A stretch of DNA of 64,000 nucleotides from Camelus ferus. Lineage: Eukaryota. Both the position numbers and the translations under genes were made by a program. Below the pieces are notes generated by a model. The model saw nothing but the letters and a program-made list of their open reading frames with translations, searched no databases and had not been told where the DNA came from. Shown here piece by piece: positions 26,180-38,949 of this stretch. Positions within the stretch are counted from its first letter, which is position 1, and the number at the start of each line of letters is the position of its first letter. The DNA is taken from the NCBI RefSeq assembly GCF_009834535.1, contig NC_045698.1, positions 5,892,001 to 5,956,000 of the forward strand, written 5' to 3'.

Positions 26180-28430
26180 TGCTGTTTCAACTTGGCTAAC
26201 TGTGAAATACAGTTTCCCAGAATCTCATTTCTTGAGTAGCTCAAAGTTAGGGTACAAAGGAAGAGTCTGAGACAGATTTGGAAAATGGGAGCCTAATAAA
26301 TTCTTAATTTCTATTTTATGTCTGGTGAACAGATGTCTCACTTGAAACATGACAACAGAGAGTTTAAAGCCCCTCCACTAATTCTAGAGTTGAGTCAGTT
26401 TCCAGACCCAGAGTCTTTTGAATGAAATGAAGGCTTGATATCCTCAAGGAAAAACCATGCTACACTTCCAGAAATTAACATTGTACATTTTCCTCTCACT
26501 CATCTCCAAAGGGACCTAAGACTATTAGGATGACTGTCCTTTAGGGGGGAAAATTAAACTTTGTAGGAATTACTGGATGTTGGCCCTAAAGTGATACTTA
26601 CTCTTTGGGGACCCAAAATGCTGTCATGGTCCACTAGTCAAAGTAAGAGTTTATAGAAGTGATTAATGTAGTTTTAGCTCAGTTACATCTCATAGTAGAC
26701 CCAGTGGGTCGCCAAGTTTATTCCGTGGTTATTTTTCTAATTCCAAAATGCAAAGTTAGAATAAAAATCCTCAGCTCTGGCAGTAATTCTCTATTGGTTC
26801 CCTGACCGGTGAGAGAGAAGTGAGAACTATTATTGAAGGAAAGCTAAAGCTGAACTGCCTCTACTTCCAAAGTAATAAAAGGAATCTAAAACTCTTGGAG
26901 GAAATGTGGAGAAACTGGGGAAAAACTCTTGGAGGAAACCCGGGACCTAAAGGATGCAGCAGTTGTACAGGAGATTTGGATCTTGGAAAATGACAATGGA
27001 GCATCATAAACTTAATCATAAGGTAACTCCCATTTCAGATGCTGTTCCAATTGTGGTTCCTTTACTGAAACAATGAACACATGCCCCGTTACCAGGTATG
27101 TGACTATTAATGTAGTGAATTCTTTTATGGCTATACCTTTTAATAAATGTTACTAAAACCACTTTGCTTTCAGCTGACAGGATCAGCAAAATGTACCAAT
27201 CTTGCAGCTCTTTGTAATAATTTAAATCACAGGGAACCTGATTGTTTCTGTATTCCACAGTGCATTATGCTGGCCCTCTACATCAAGGGTCATGCTGATT
27301 AGATATGGTAAGCAAAAACTAGCAAATATTGATACATTGACTAGATACATACATGCTGGAAATGGCAAGTGATCACCTAAAACACAAGGCTTTGCTACTT
27401 TGGAAAAAAGATCTAGGGGTTCAATGCTCTAAGGGTATGCTGAGATACCTCTTTTAAAATGAGGGCCTCTTTGAACTTGTGGTGTGCTACTTTGACCTAT
27501 TTAATAATAAAAATAACAGGCTATCAGTTTTGAATGAGGACCAGAGCAAAACAATGTTTGCAATAGATCTGGGCTGCCATACAAACTGATCTGCCACTGG
27601 GGATTATGATCTGGTGATATTCAAAAGTGCTTCAAGTGTTTGTGGCAAAGTGGATGCTATACATAGCCTTTGGGAGGTCTCTACAGAATCACATTGCAGA
27701 TCTTTAGGACTTTGAGCAAAACTCAGCCATCTTCCACAAATGTGTTCTCTTTCGATGGCTTCTGGCTACTGCACCCTAGTAGGGACAGAACATCTGACAA
27801 TGAGCCACCAAGTAGCCACTGAAGCTGATCTGCCTTCCAAGAGCTGGGAGAAGTCTAAGCCACCAGGTAATAAAGCATAATAGCACTTATCTTCAAGTTG
27901 ATATTTTATGTATGAGATTTGACTCAAGCAGGGACTTAGGTAAAAGTAAAACAAAATGAGCAGCTCAGACTTGCATGGCTCCTTTTCCTGTTGCATCGTC
28001 TTTTCCCAAACATGGCCACGGGGCAAATTCCTCGTGTTTTGTTGATGGAGGAAGAAAAATTCAAGTATATTTTACAGGTGATTCTGCCTAATATGCCAGC
28101 ACCACTTGAAAGTAGACAGCTACAGCAATACCTCCCCACTCTGGGGTACCCTTCAGTAGCCCCTCTCTTCAGGGACTGTGAAGGATTGTGATGAAGGGAA
28201 ACTTTCAGTGGGCAGAACTTCAAGTGATGTCCCAGTTGTTCATTTTTCCTGGAGGGGGAGATTTTCAGTATATATCCACACGGACTCATGAGCAGTGGCT
28301 AACTGGTTGGCTGGGGGGGTCAGGAACTTCAAATGAACAAAATTGAAAAATGAGTGACAAAGAGATCCTTGGCTAGAACTCTCTGAATGGTCACAGTACA
28401 AAGCCATTTTTGTCCTATTATAAATGCTAT
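26180..28430 (+). mobile_element. ERV-L relic: partial MLT2-like LTR followed by degenerate protease, RT and RNase H
   Basis: ggaattactggatgttggc (GLLD.G protease motif), ggggacccaaaa (GDPK), ggatcttggaaaatgaca (GSW.MT, RT) and cagtgggcagaactt (QWAEL, RNase H), in the correct order but heavily disrupted. Confidence 0.85.
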
Positions 28431-30839
28431 GAAAGAAATGCAGGAGGTAGGATAGAGTATGTAGAAGGATTAAATCAATTATTCTTAGACTTTGGAGTCG
28501 GGGTGAGGAGAGCTGGATGCTTATAAAAATTTAATGTTATACAGGGCTTCTCTCCAGAAAACACACATACGATTATGTACTATATACCTTCTGGAGGATC
28601 ATGAATCTTCTGACCTAAATCATATCTACAAACCTCTTTGACTTGAGGGTAAGAAAATCTTTTAAACAGTACAGATCTGTTAATGCTCAGAAATCAACTG
28701 ATCACAAGATTTCAAAGGGAAGTAAAAATCCTTTGAAGCCTAGCCCCCAAGCAAGAATCATGGTTAACTGGATGCTTTAACACGTCAGAATCCCTCCAGT
28801 CTTTTCCCCACTCAGCCTATTTTATTCTCTTTGCTTTGCTCACTCTCTTTAACTAAAGAACCACAAAATTCTGTAAATTATCTTAGATATCAACTAACCT
28901 AACTTCTTTTGCGGTAGGTTTTACTGATGAAGAAACAGACCCAAAAGGTAAGGTGATGTACAAGATGTTATGATAGGAAATCAGACATAAAAACAAATAT
29001 GTAAGTGATATTTACAGTGTGCTTATTACTCTCTTTGTGCCAAGCACTGTTCTAAGTGTTTTACATGCATTCAATAATTTAATTCTCACACGATCCTAAT
29101 ACTGTCATCTCCAAGGAAACTGAGGATTGAGAGGTAAATTAAGTTTTCACAAGTCACATGGTTGGTATGTGATATAATTTCCTGATACATGGTCTGATAT
29201 GATATAGCTAGAGATTAAGTGCATAATTAATAGCAGTTTCTTGTCTTTTTCTTGTTCTTTCTCAACAGAACTATTTGATGACAGAAGGACTAGAACTAAA
29301 TTTTCCTAACTCCAGGGCCTTTTCTACCCACAAGCCCTTATTCTTGCCTCCATGCCTCTCTCTCCTGTCCCTAAACCTAACCATAATTAGAAAATAGAGC
29401 ATCTATATTTGACTAAATGCAATCCAATTCCTTTTTTGACCTAAAAATAAAAAATTTCTCGAGTCCAACCCTACAAGAAGTTTATCTGAATTAAGTTCCT
29501 TTTCACTTCTTTGTATTATTTTCCCCCAAAAGCATATTAAGATAAAATTATTTTACCTTCTAGTTAAAATAATTTTCTACGTATTAAATGGTTATAAGTA
29601 TTAATTTGTATATTTCTAAACATTTACATTTATTAAATCTCTAAATTATTACAGTCTTTTTTTTGTTTTTTTCCTCAGTATACACTCCCTTTACTGAGAT
29701 TCAGACATCTGACTTATTTACGTGGACGTGAAAGCCTCTGAGACTTTATTTGGGTCTACATTAGAAAAGACAAGGGACGTGTAATCAGAGGTAGTGTCTG
29801 ATCAGGAATCACTAGGACCCTGCACACTTGGCTAATTAATCTAGCACTCAGGCCAGAAACCATGAACCGAGAGATGTTACCTATCCTACTTTTAAAGGCT
29901 GATTGTTGATCCCCTTTTTCACCACAGAATATTCTATAAAATGGCACAATATTCTTTACGGTAAATTCTTCCAATTTTCACTTTGTATCCCCAGTGCTGC
30001 ACTAGCTGGAATGTGGGGGTTAAATCATACTTTCTCACATACAGAGATTGTGAATATCCATGAATCCTTTTAAGGCATTTCCAACATTCTGTAATCAGGC
30101 TTACTAACAAATTTCTTTAGGGATCCACATGCAACATAGTCAGAGCTTACAAAGCAGTCACGAAACCAGTATTTGGCAGTTTTCAGGATTAAAAATAAAA
30201 TTATGAAGCACTAAAGATGTTAGCTGTTGCAAAACTCCTGCTGCAGAGATTAAGCAGCTTCTCTGAGAAAATTTTCTGTTTATTTTTTAGTCTACTGTAA
30301 AACATCTATTCATCCACGCTTTCATTCTTATATCCACTCTATCCCAACTGTGAAAACAGCAGCACACCAAGTAGACAAGCTCATTTCCATTTTTGGCCCT
30401 GGGACCTTTTAGAGCAGCTGTGAAAAATTTGAGGCTGAAGGATGTTGGGCGCAGAGAAAAGCACCATGGACAAAGTGCGCCTTGCAAACACCATTCACAG
30501 GTCAAGTTTCAGAGCAGCCAGAGGTCCACATGGCAAAACCAGATGGATAAAAAAGATTCCTCTACAGTGTTATCAAAATCATGTCATTCTCTTTCCCTTG
30601 AACAGTACATATATTTTAAGAACAATATAAGTATGTTAAATACTGAAAAAGCTACTCATTTGAGAACATGCCTCACTCAACAAAAATTATCAGTATTTAT
30701 GAAAATACAGGCCTGTATCCTTCCCAAGTGTCAAAGTGTCCGAAATACCTTAGAGGCACCAGGACAGGACATCAGGGACTTTGATCCCTATGACCTAAAC
30801 CCTAGAAAAGTGCCTGGTACCTAAATAATAACAGTAACT

Positions 30840-31005
30840 TTTGAACATTTACAAGTACCAGGCACAGGTCTGATGGATCCACGTATTAACGATCCTTGCT
30901 CACCACCAGGAACCACCACCTTGGTTTTCTGGACGAGAAATGAGGCAGGAAGAGGGCTGCCCCGGTCAAACAAGGTGGTAGCGGATGGGTTCAAACTCGG
31001 GCCGG
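30840..31005 (-). mobile_element. MIR SINE at the CpG-island edge
   Basis: ttgaacatttacaagtaccaggcac...ttctggacgagaaatgaggc...gggttcaaactcggg. Confidence 0.6.
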
Positions 31006-31080
31006 GCGCCTGCAGGGCCGGTGCGCTTCGTGTTTGTGGAACAAATGGATGGTGTTGGTTAAGATCAAACTGGTTAAGAG

Positions 31081-31159
31081 TAAGGAAAGAAGGGAGGAAG
31101 GAAGAAAAAAGAAGAGAGGAAAAGGAAAGAGGGAGGAAAGAAAGAAAGAAAAGAAAGAA

Positions 31160-31238
<79 letters not shown>

Positions 31239-31413
31239 GAGGATTCCGAAGGCCTCCCCTTCCCGAGCCCCGTCGGCCGGAAAGGGCCCCCCTGCCGGCA
31301 GCCGGCCGAAGAAAAAGAAAAAGAAAGAAAGAAAGAAGAAAAGAAAAGGAAAGAAAGAAAGAAGAGAAGAGGAAGGGAGGGAGGAAGGAAGGAAGTTGGG
31401 AAGGAGGGAAAAG
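31081..31413 (+). repeat. Two polypurine (GAAA)n/(GGAA)n tracts separated by a ~68 bp GC-rich spacer
   Basis: Directly visible at 31081-31241 and 31309-31413. Confidence 0.95.
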
Positions 31414-31559
31414 CCGCAGACGTTTAGCAGTTCTTTGGTTAAAATGGTCAAACTCCAGAAAGGGCAAGGCAGACAGGAGTGGCCTTCTGGGGTAAGTCTC
31501 CTCAGAAAGTGGGGCCAGGCCCTCAGCAAACAGGAGGAAAGAGACAGAAAGCCAAGCAA

Positions 31560-32480
31560 GGGCAGCGAGTGGGAAGAGGCGGAGGCCGTCCCGACCTCAG
31601 CACCCCGGGGGACTCAGGGGCGAGTCAGGAGAACTAAGGCAAGGCGAGCCCGAGCGGCTGCGTGCCTCCCTTAAAGGAAGGGACTTCACACCCCACGGGC
31701 TGGGCGCCCCAGTCACCTGCGCTCGCGCCCGGCCGGGCGGACGCCCGCGGCTGAGGAGAAGCAGTCGCCAGTCCGCACGTCCCGAAGTCTGACAGAAACG
31801 CTCCCGCGAACGCCGCCGGCTGGGCGGCCGCCCGGGCACCGCCCACACACCAGGCGCGCTGTGATTGGCCCCAGCTCAGCTATGGACTGGGCTTCCTATT
31901 GGTCGCGGCGCCGAGCATGGGCGCTCCGGCCGTGCGCGCGGGCGCACTGAGCGGAGTCCTCTCAGAGCGTTCGGGCCGGGCGCCGGCACGTGACGACCGG
32001 CTACCTTCACTCGTCTATCCGGGAGCCCGCCCGAGGTCAGCGGCCTCCGCGCCCCCCGTCCCTGCATCCTGCTCCTGGCCGGGCTGGCCGCGCGGGGCGG
32101 AGGGCGGGGACTCGGCCCTGGGGCGTCCCCGCCGCCTCCCGGAACGGGTCCCCGGCTGCGCCGCGGCGTTTGCACGAGCAGAGCCGGTCCCGCAGGTCGC
32201 TGTGGGCCACTCCCCCCTCGGCGTCCTGGTTCCGAACCGTTTTCTAGGCGGGGGGAAAGGGCACCTCTGCGCGCAGGGTCAGGTGCGGGCGTCGGAGAGT
32301 CAGGAACGTTGGGAGCGCGGACCAAGCCAGATGCGGGTCCTGCTCCGCCGTGTCTCCGCCTGCCCACGTCCTACGGGTGCGGCGGAACGTCCTCTGGGAA
32401 ACGTGGGATGGAGTATCTGCTTTATAAGGTGGTTGTGGGACCGAGGGGGCCATGGTCTGAAGCACCTCGAGCTGTGCGTG
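31560..32480. promoter_or_regulatory. CpG-island promoter with two reverse CCAAT boxes, an E-box and GC boxes
   Basis: Dense CpG and high GC in an AT-rich window; ATTGG at 31864-31868 and 31898-31902; CACGTGAC at 31987-31994; GGGCGG boxes near 32095-32108. Confidence 0.92.
31940..32035 (+). other. Probable first (5' UTR) exon of an unidentified + strand gene; start approximate; alternative donor at 32282
   Basis: Lies downstream of the CCAAT boxes and ends at GAG|GTCAGC; second donor CAG|GTGCGG at 32282/32283. Confidence 0.55.
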
Positions 32481-33169
32481 GCTCCCAGGAAGTGATAAAC
32501 TCACCTGTAGTGAGAAAGAATGTACTCACTTCATTTTCACAGTACACCGTGATCCCTAACTATGTATTGCCTTTTCTGTATTATTTTTGGGGAGTTACAC
32601 TGCCATTAATGCATTTAACAAATATATATTGACATTTAGTGTCATTCATTTAACAAGTTTGTACCAGCTGTTTGCCGGGTGTTCGGATGCCTAGGAGTTG
32701 AGTTGAATTACATGTATCTAGTGAATTTGCTTTATAATGTGTTGTCTAACATGGTTATTTTACCAATTACTTTAAGGTTTAATTTGCTTTTTTAGTCAAG
32801 TGTAATTGTCCGGTGGCGCATCAATTTAAACTCTTAGTCGCAGTCCAAAACCCTACGTTACAGTTTGAGTTTTAGTTTTAATCTTTCTTTACAAAATTTT
32901 CCTGACAGTTTTTCCTAGATTTAGATACTGTGTGATGAGTATGAAAGTTCTGTGAATGAAGTTTATTTTACCCTTGATAATCTCCTGTGGAAAAGCGTAA
33001 ATGTTTGAGTGTATGGGAAATGTTTTTCGATGATGATACGCTCTTTGAGAGTGTAGGCAAGTTTGCTTGTGTACTACAGTTTGCTCAGCATTGGAATGAA
33101 ATATCCGTCAAGAAATCTGCAATTTTAATTGATTTTTTTTCCTTTGTCGAAAGAACAACAACAATAAAG

Positions 33170-33350
33170 CCTGTTTTGTGAGCACCGCCATGTTTCAGTT
33201 ACTGTCTAATTGCATTTATCAGATGGGTATTATTATTATCCCCACTTTAAAAATGAATCTAAGACCAGTTCAGTTTAGTAGCTTGTTCAAAGTTACAGAT
33301 CTCATAAACGGCACATTCCAGGATTCAAACCCATGTAGTCTGACTCTAGA
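33170..33350 (-). mobile_element. MIR SINE
   Basis: tattattatccccacttta...gcttgttcaaagttacagatct...ccaggattcaaacccatgtagtctgactctaga. Confidence 0.8.
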
Positions 33351-33999
33351 TTCTGACTTTGAAATCCATGTTTCTGAATTAGGCATGAATTTCTCTATTA
33401 CTCCTAGTTTAATGGTGAATATTCTGTCTCTTTTTAAAGTACATTTAGGGTTAATGTTATTAACTCTAGTAAGAAGGCTAACATAGCATATATCCAGTAG
33501 AGTAGGTGCAGATTTATCTTTTTCTTAAATTTTTGTGCTACAGTATGTCTTGCCTGTCTTCTTTTGTAAATGAAGGGACATTTTCCTGTTTAACATATGG
33601 AAGTATTATATGATCTTTGAAGGCCTGAAAGCATCTCAGAGAAAAGATAGATAAATCTAGTATATTTTTATTACAACTGAATTTTTATTTGTATTTTTGT
33701 GTGCATATTGTTACAGTCTTACAGATTTGAGGGACTTGATATCTTGCAAGTCTGTTGTTGAATAACGAATCTATTTTTCAATGCTATGTGGCTTATAACA
33801 ATGAAAGTCTCATCATTTCACAGACATGCTGTTAACTATGACAGTATTTAAACCTTTCTTAGAGGAATGGCCATTATGACCTTGTGTTTGTGTCCTTTGT
33901 TAGAAAGGAAATATTTCCTCAGTCTTTGGAACACCCTCACCTTGCTCAGTGTGCAATTTGGGTAGGCGTTCATATAAACAAAACACCTTCATCTCATGC

Positions 34000-34160
34000 C
34001 TGGTTCTTAACCAGGGCAGCCCATCGGAATCTCCGTTGGGAGCCTTTGCAGACTACAAGTCTAAGTCCTACCTTCCTAGTGAGACCGAATCAGTAACTTT
34101 ACTGAGGGAACCCCAACCCCAGGGTTATTTTGATACAGATTTTGGGTTGAGGATGACTTG
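34000..34160. mobile_element. MER5-like hAT-Charlie DNA transposon remnant
   Basis: tggttcttaacc...atcggaatc...gaatcag...ccccagggttattttgat...gttgaggatgact termini. Confidence 0.5.
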
Positions 34161-35701
34161 TGTAAATTTGCCTCCTGCTCTTTTTTGCTAATCATATGAC
34201 GAGTAGCATTAGTAAGATACTAGCCCACAGGGATCACTGGAGTGGGACTTAAGATTGTTTATGAATTTACGAGTTTATTGCCAAAGGAGTTAGTGGAAAA
34301 ATTCCCTGATGGAGAGAGGGAGAAGGGTAGTTAATCCAGGCTTGTAAGTAGTTGTGCCGGGGGTGATCTGGTGGGCCCCCACACTCCTGGCCAGTCAGCC
34401 TCTGCAAAACTTACTGCCCAAGGGCACAGAGGACCAATATAGCAGATTCATGCTCTAAATTGAGCTATTTGCAGGTTTTCACATTATACTGTTTCCCATG
34501 ATTCAGGCTGCAGTAACTAACAGAGGCATTTATACCACAAGATAACATGTGAGCCACTAAATTAGCAGCCATGGTATTTCCAAATTTATCCTACCAATAC
34601 TCCTAAAACACGGGAGCCAAGAAAAGCGTCTCTAAGAGAATTCAACCATGTTGAATGCTGCTGAGAAATTGGAATTAGCAACTAGAAGGCACTGGTGACC
34701 TTGGGGAGGCCAGTTTCAGTGGAGAAGGAATAGAACCACAAAGGGCTTAAGGACAAGGGGAATAGTACAAAAAAAAAACTTTGTAAGTTTTTTGCTATGA
34801 GATGCTAGGTTCAAATCAAAGATATTTATTCATTGCCTACTAAATGCCAGGCGCTGTTAGGACTTTGGGTGACACAAGGAGGAACATGGTATGTGCCCTA
34901 CGCTCCGTGACTTTCTACCTCCTGGGAAAGTCACAAAAACACTTAGGACAGTAGGAGTTCTGTAAGGGGAAACCGGAGTACGCAGGAGGGGAGCTTCACC
35001 CTGTCTTGTGAGTTAAATGAGTTAAGACGTGTAAGCTACTTAGATAAAGGACCAGGAACGCAGTAGGTCCTCAATGTATCTATTAATAATAATAGCAACA
35101 TCTACATAACACATTATGTACTAAGCATAATTTAACTCATTTAATCTTCACAGCATTAGTTATCAGGATTATTCTAATTTACGGATGAAGAAACCGGGGC
35201 ATAGAGAGTAATGTGCCAAAGGTCTCCCAGCCCTTTAGTGGCAAAGCCAGTATTTGTATTTGTGCAGTCTGGTTTCAGTCAGTGCAGCTTAACCACTGGG
35301 CTATAACACTTCTTTTCTGTGAGAGTGTGTGTGTGTGTAAATGCCACAGCTAGAGATGAGTCCCAGCTGACATCTAAAGCCTAGTGAAACAGCTGGGGCT
35401 GGAGACAGTCCAGGATGCGAAAGGCTTAGAAGTGTGAAAAGAGCATGGTACTTTTAGGATGAGGAAGTCCTAAAGTGTGCCCTGAGAAACAGGACAAGGG
35501 AATGAGACAGTTGAGCTGACAGGTTAGCAAGATGCCAGTCCCAGAAGTCCTTAGACTCCTGTTAAAGAGTTTGGGTTGTACCCTAGGGCAGTAAGGGGGA
35601 AACATTTGAAAGACTTTAAAGTACCAGAAGAACATGACCAGAGTTGCATTTAGAACAATCACGGTGATGGCAGGCTGAAAGGTAGGTGGGGAGGATGAAT
35701 G

Positions 35702-36335
35702 TGATACAAGAAAAAAAAGTGTGGGGCAAGAAGATGACTGTGTCCCAGGTCTTGGTTGAGTCCCCGGGGGGGCGTCCCCCACCAAGTGTGGGTCCTTGGC
35801 TTCATGCAGGAAAGAATTCAAGGGCAAGCCATAGTTGAGTAAAGGTAGATTTATTCAGAGAGATACACACTCCATAGACAGAGTGCAGGCTGTTTCAGAA
35901 GGCAAGAGAAAGGTGTGGGAGGTGCTTAATTCAAAGTAAAAGTAGATACGCTCCATAGACAGAGTTTGGTCCATCTCACTCAGAAAGGAGAACGGCCATG
36001 GGGTGTGGGGTTGTTAGTTTTTATGGGTTCGGTAGCTTCATATGCTAACAAGTGGGAGGCTTATTCCAACTGCTTTGGAGAAGGGGCGGGGATTCCCAGG
36101 AATTGAGTCACCGCCTACTTTTTGACCTTTTATGCTCAGCCTCCGAACTGTCATGGTACCTCTGGGATTGCATATACCATGTAAATATATTACAGTGAGT
36201 ATATAGTGAAGCTCAAGTTCTCCCGGGAGTCAAATGTCCGCCCATCTTGGGCCTCTAGGCCTGTTGGGAGTTGAATTTTTCACCACCTTGGTGTTAATTG
36301 CTCTGTTATTTCTTGAATGGCTGTGCCCTGTATCA
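35702..36335 (-). mobile_element. ERV1-type solo LTR inserted in an L2
   Basis: Perfect TGATACA...TGTATCA ends with AATG TSD (35698-35701 and 36336-36339); homologous to the LTR at 37711-38309. Confidence 0.85.
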
Positions 36336-36953
36336 AATGGAGAGACTGATTAGGAAATGTTCAGTTTTCCAAAGAAAACATGGGAAAAACAACAGTGGTG
36401 ATCTGGGGATTTAGAGCAAGGAGTGTGAATTAGAAGGATTTGGAAAGAGATTTATTCTAAAAAATTCTAAAATACTAGTATTTTTTTTCTTTTCTGGAGA
36501 TAATAAATAGCCAAGGATTTAAGTGATGAATAGCTGGGGCTGAAAAACTAGAAGCCTCGAAAATGTTGCCGACTTAAAGCAAAGTGAAACAGTATGTTCA
36601 GGACATTAGGTCAGTAAAACCAGAAATTAAAGGAGGAGAAGAGACGGTCATCGGGACTAAAAACTCTGAAAGACCATTGATTTCTGAAGCTAAGACTTTA
36701 TTTTTTAACATTCCCTGGAGGGTGTGTTTTTGGGGTGGGGTGGGAGTTTGGGTAAACACTTAACAACAAAAAGAAACCCTCGTGATTTGGTATTACACAT
36801 TCCTCATCTGCCATCTCCTCCCTCCCTGTGCCCAGGACCCTCAAGAACCGCCCTGATGCTCGCAGGCCCGCCAGCTGAGAGCAGACTCATCCCTTCAGCA
36901 GCCCCTGCTTAACCCTGGGAGTCACCTGTTTCCCTCCAGAAGGACTTTTGTTA

Positions 36954-37374
36954 TGTGAACGAAAAATATTGCAAACCGTATCAGTAAACAAAAAATGCTG
37001 AAGCCATCAAGTCAACAGCATCTGCCGTCACCCCCACAGTGAAGACAAGCCTGCAGCCCGGCCTCTGCAGCCACTCACAGTGGTACAGTCTGAGGGGACT
37101 CAGAATAAGAAAGGACAGGACATTGACCCTCAACAGCTCGGTGCTTGTCAAAGGAATGAATTCAATGCTCCCGCCCATGCATAGAAAAGCACTAACATCT
37201 TTAACTTGAGATGATTGGTTTTCTTTAGTTAATAGTAATCTTTTAATGTTCCTGTCCCTCAGAGCGATCTGAGAGGCTGTCATCCAGGGCTGGAAGGGGT
37301 TCAAGTCCTCAGAAATGTCCGCCGAATAAAACATAACTCTCAACTTTTAGGTTGTGCATTTATTTCAGTCGACA
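36954..37374 (+). mobile_element. ALTR2-like artiodactyl LTR
   Basis: tgtgaacgaaaaatattgc...cagtaaacaa ... gtccgccgaataaaacataactctcaacttttaggttgtgcatt..tttcagtcgaca; family assigned from recall. Confidence 0.75.
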
Positions 37375-37710
37375 AGAGGTTGGGGAGAGAAGGAAGTGGC
37401 AAATGAGTCTGAGAATGGGCAGTTAGGAAACTCAGGAGTGTGATGCACTATGGAACCATTAAGTGTTTCAGGGAGAATGTGGGAGGCATCTGGGTCCATC
37501 ACTGCGATAGGTGAAGTCAGAGTCAAACTGAGAAGTATATAAGATTTTCCAATATTCAGGTCTTAACTGACAAGCAGTTGTAGTAAGTGGTGGGCACAGA
37601 AGCCTGACGAGAATGGTGGTAAAAAAATTTGGAAGGGGGAGAATGGGAGTCCCTGGGTATTAACATACAATCAACTGGAATGCAGGAATTCAAGTTCAAG
37701 ACAATGAAAG

Positions 37711-38309
37711 TGAGACAGGAGGGGAGGGGGCAGGGCACAGCCATCCAAGGAATGACATATCAATTAACTCCGAAATGGCAGAAGATTCAGCTCCCATTAG
37801 GCCTTGAGGCTCAGGATGGCAGGAGTTGACTTCCAGCAGACTTTGAGCTTCATTGTACGCTCATTGTAATATATTAGCGTGATAAGTAACATGCCCACGG
37901 GCTCCATGACAGTTTCAAGTTTAGCCACAGAAAGTCAAAGTGGGGGTGACCCAATTCCTGGGAATCCCAGCCCCTTTACAGGGGTAGTTGGAATGGTCCT
38001 CCCACTTGTTAGCATATGAAGCTATGGAGCCCCATTAAAAACTAGCAACATCGCGCCTGGTGGTCACATCTCTCGCTCCCTCCTCTTTGGAGATGGCCTG
38101 CACGCTGTCTATGGAGTGTGTACGTACTTTTACTTTAACCTGATCACCCAACCCCCACACCTTGTGGCCTTTCTCATGCCTTTTGAAACGGCCTTAACTC
38201 TAAATCTACCTTTACTCAACTGTGGCTTGCTCCGGGGCACGTCCCAGGGGCTCCACTGAGACCTGCGACACGACCCTCCTCACACCCCACATCCATTTTT
38301 CTTGCATCA
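37711..38309 (+). mobile_element. ERV1-type solo LTR, same family as 35702-36335 in the opposite orientation
   Basis: TG...CA ends; shares caattcctgggaatccc and cctcccacttgttagcatatgaagcta with the reverse complement of the 35.7 kb copy. Confidence 0.85.
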
Positions 38310-38949
38310 AGATTAAGTAAGTGGATCTTTAAATTTAGAGAGCTCAAGAAAAGATAATGAAATTAAGTGGAAGGAACGAAATGAGGAAAAATCAGACAGA
38401 ATAGAAAATTTTTAAGTTAATCAGTAAAGCCCAGATCCATGTTCTTTGAAATGACAAATAAAGACAATGAAGAAAAAGAAGAAATAAGCGTCGTGATCAG
38501 AAAGGGGAGCATAACTGTAGATATGAGGATTTTTTTTTAGATCTGGAAGAATAGAACATCCAATACTAGATTAGATCTACTGGCCCTCAGCATCCATTTC
38601 TACATCCTCATGGAGGAAGAGTCATGGGGTCTGGGGCCTGAACATTTAGGAGCTATAGCACAGTGGACACAGCAGAGCACAGTGGTTAAAAATAGAGACT
38701 TCAGAGAACACAGACATACACATCAAAGTGGCTTATTGCCTCAAAACCAAGTAAGATTGAACATGTTTAAAATTCTTTAACTAATAGGATTGATAAACTT
38801 TCTCTACCCAAATAGGAAGATTAATGCAAATGCTAACAAATGTCATGTTAGGAATATACGCTGATGTTAAATCAGTTGCAGATTTTCATGTTTATCTAAT
38901 GCTAATGCTATCCAAATACTGTCTTTGACATCTTGTAGATTTTAGTCAT

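Noticed and set aside
26180..28430. ERV-L pol as a possible domesticated gene
   Set aside because: Riddled with stops, frameshifts and deletions; no long ORF
30393..30824. 143-aa ORF
   Set aside because: Non-ATG start, no recognisable domain and no clear splice boundaries
30873..31559. Long K/E/R-rich and F/L/S-rich ORFs (153-184 aa)
   Set aside because: Translations of the (GAAA)n microsatellite, which lacks stop codons
31876..32632. 198-aa and 163-aa ORFs in the CpG island, including a Kozak-context ATG at 31917
   Set aside because: Stop-poor GC-rich DNA. The ATG is only ~15 bp after a CCAAT box, so probably upstream of the TSS, and its frame stops within the 44451 exon
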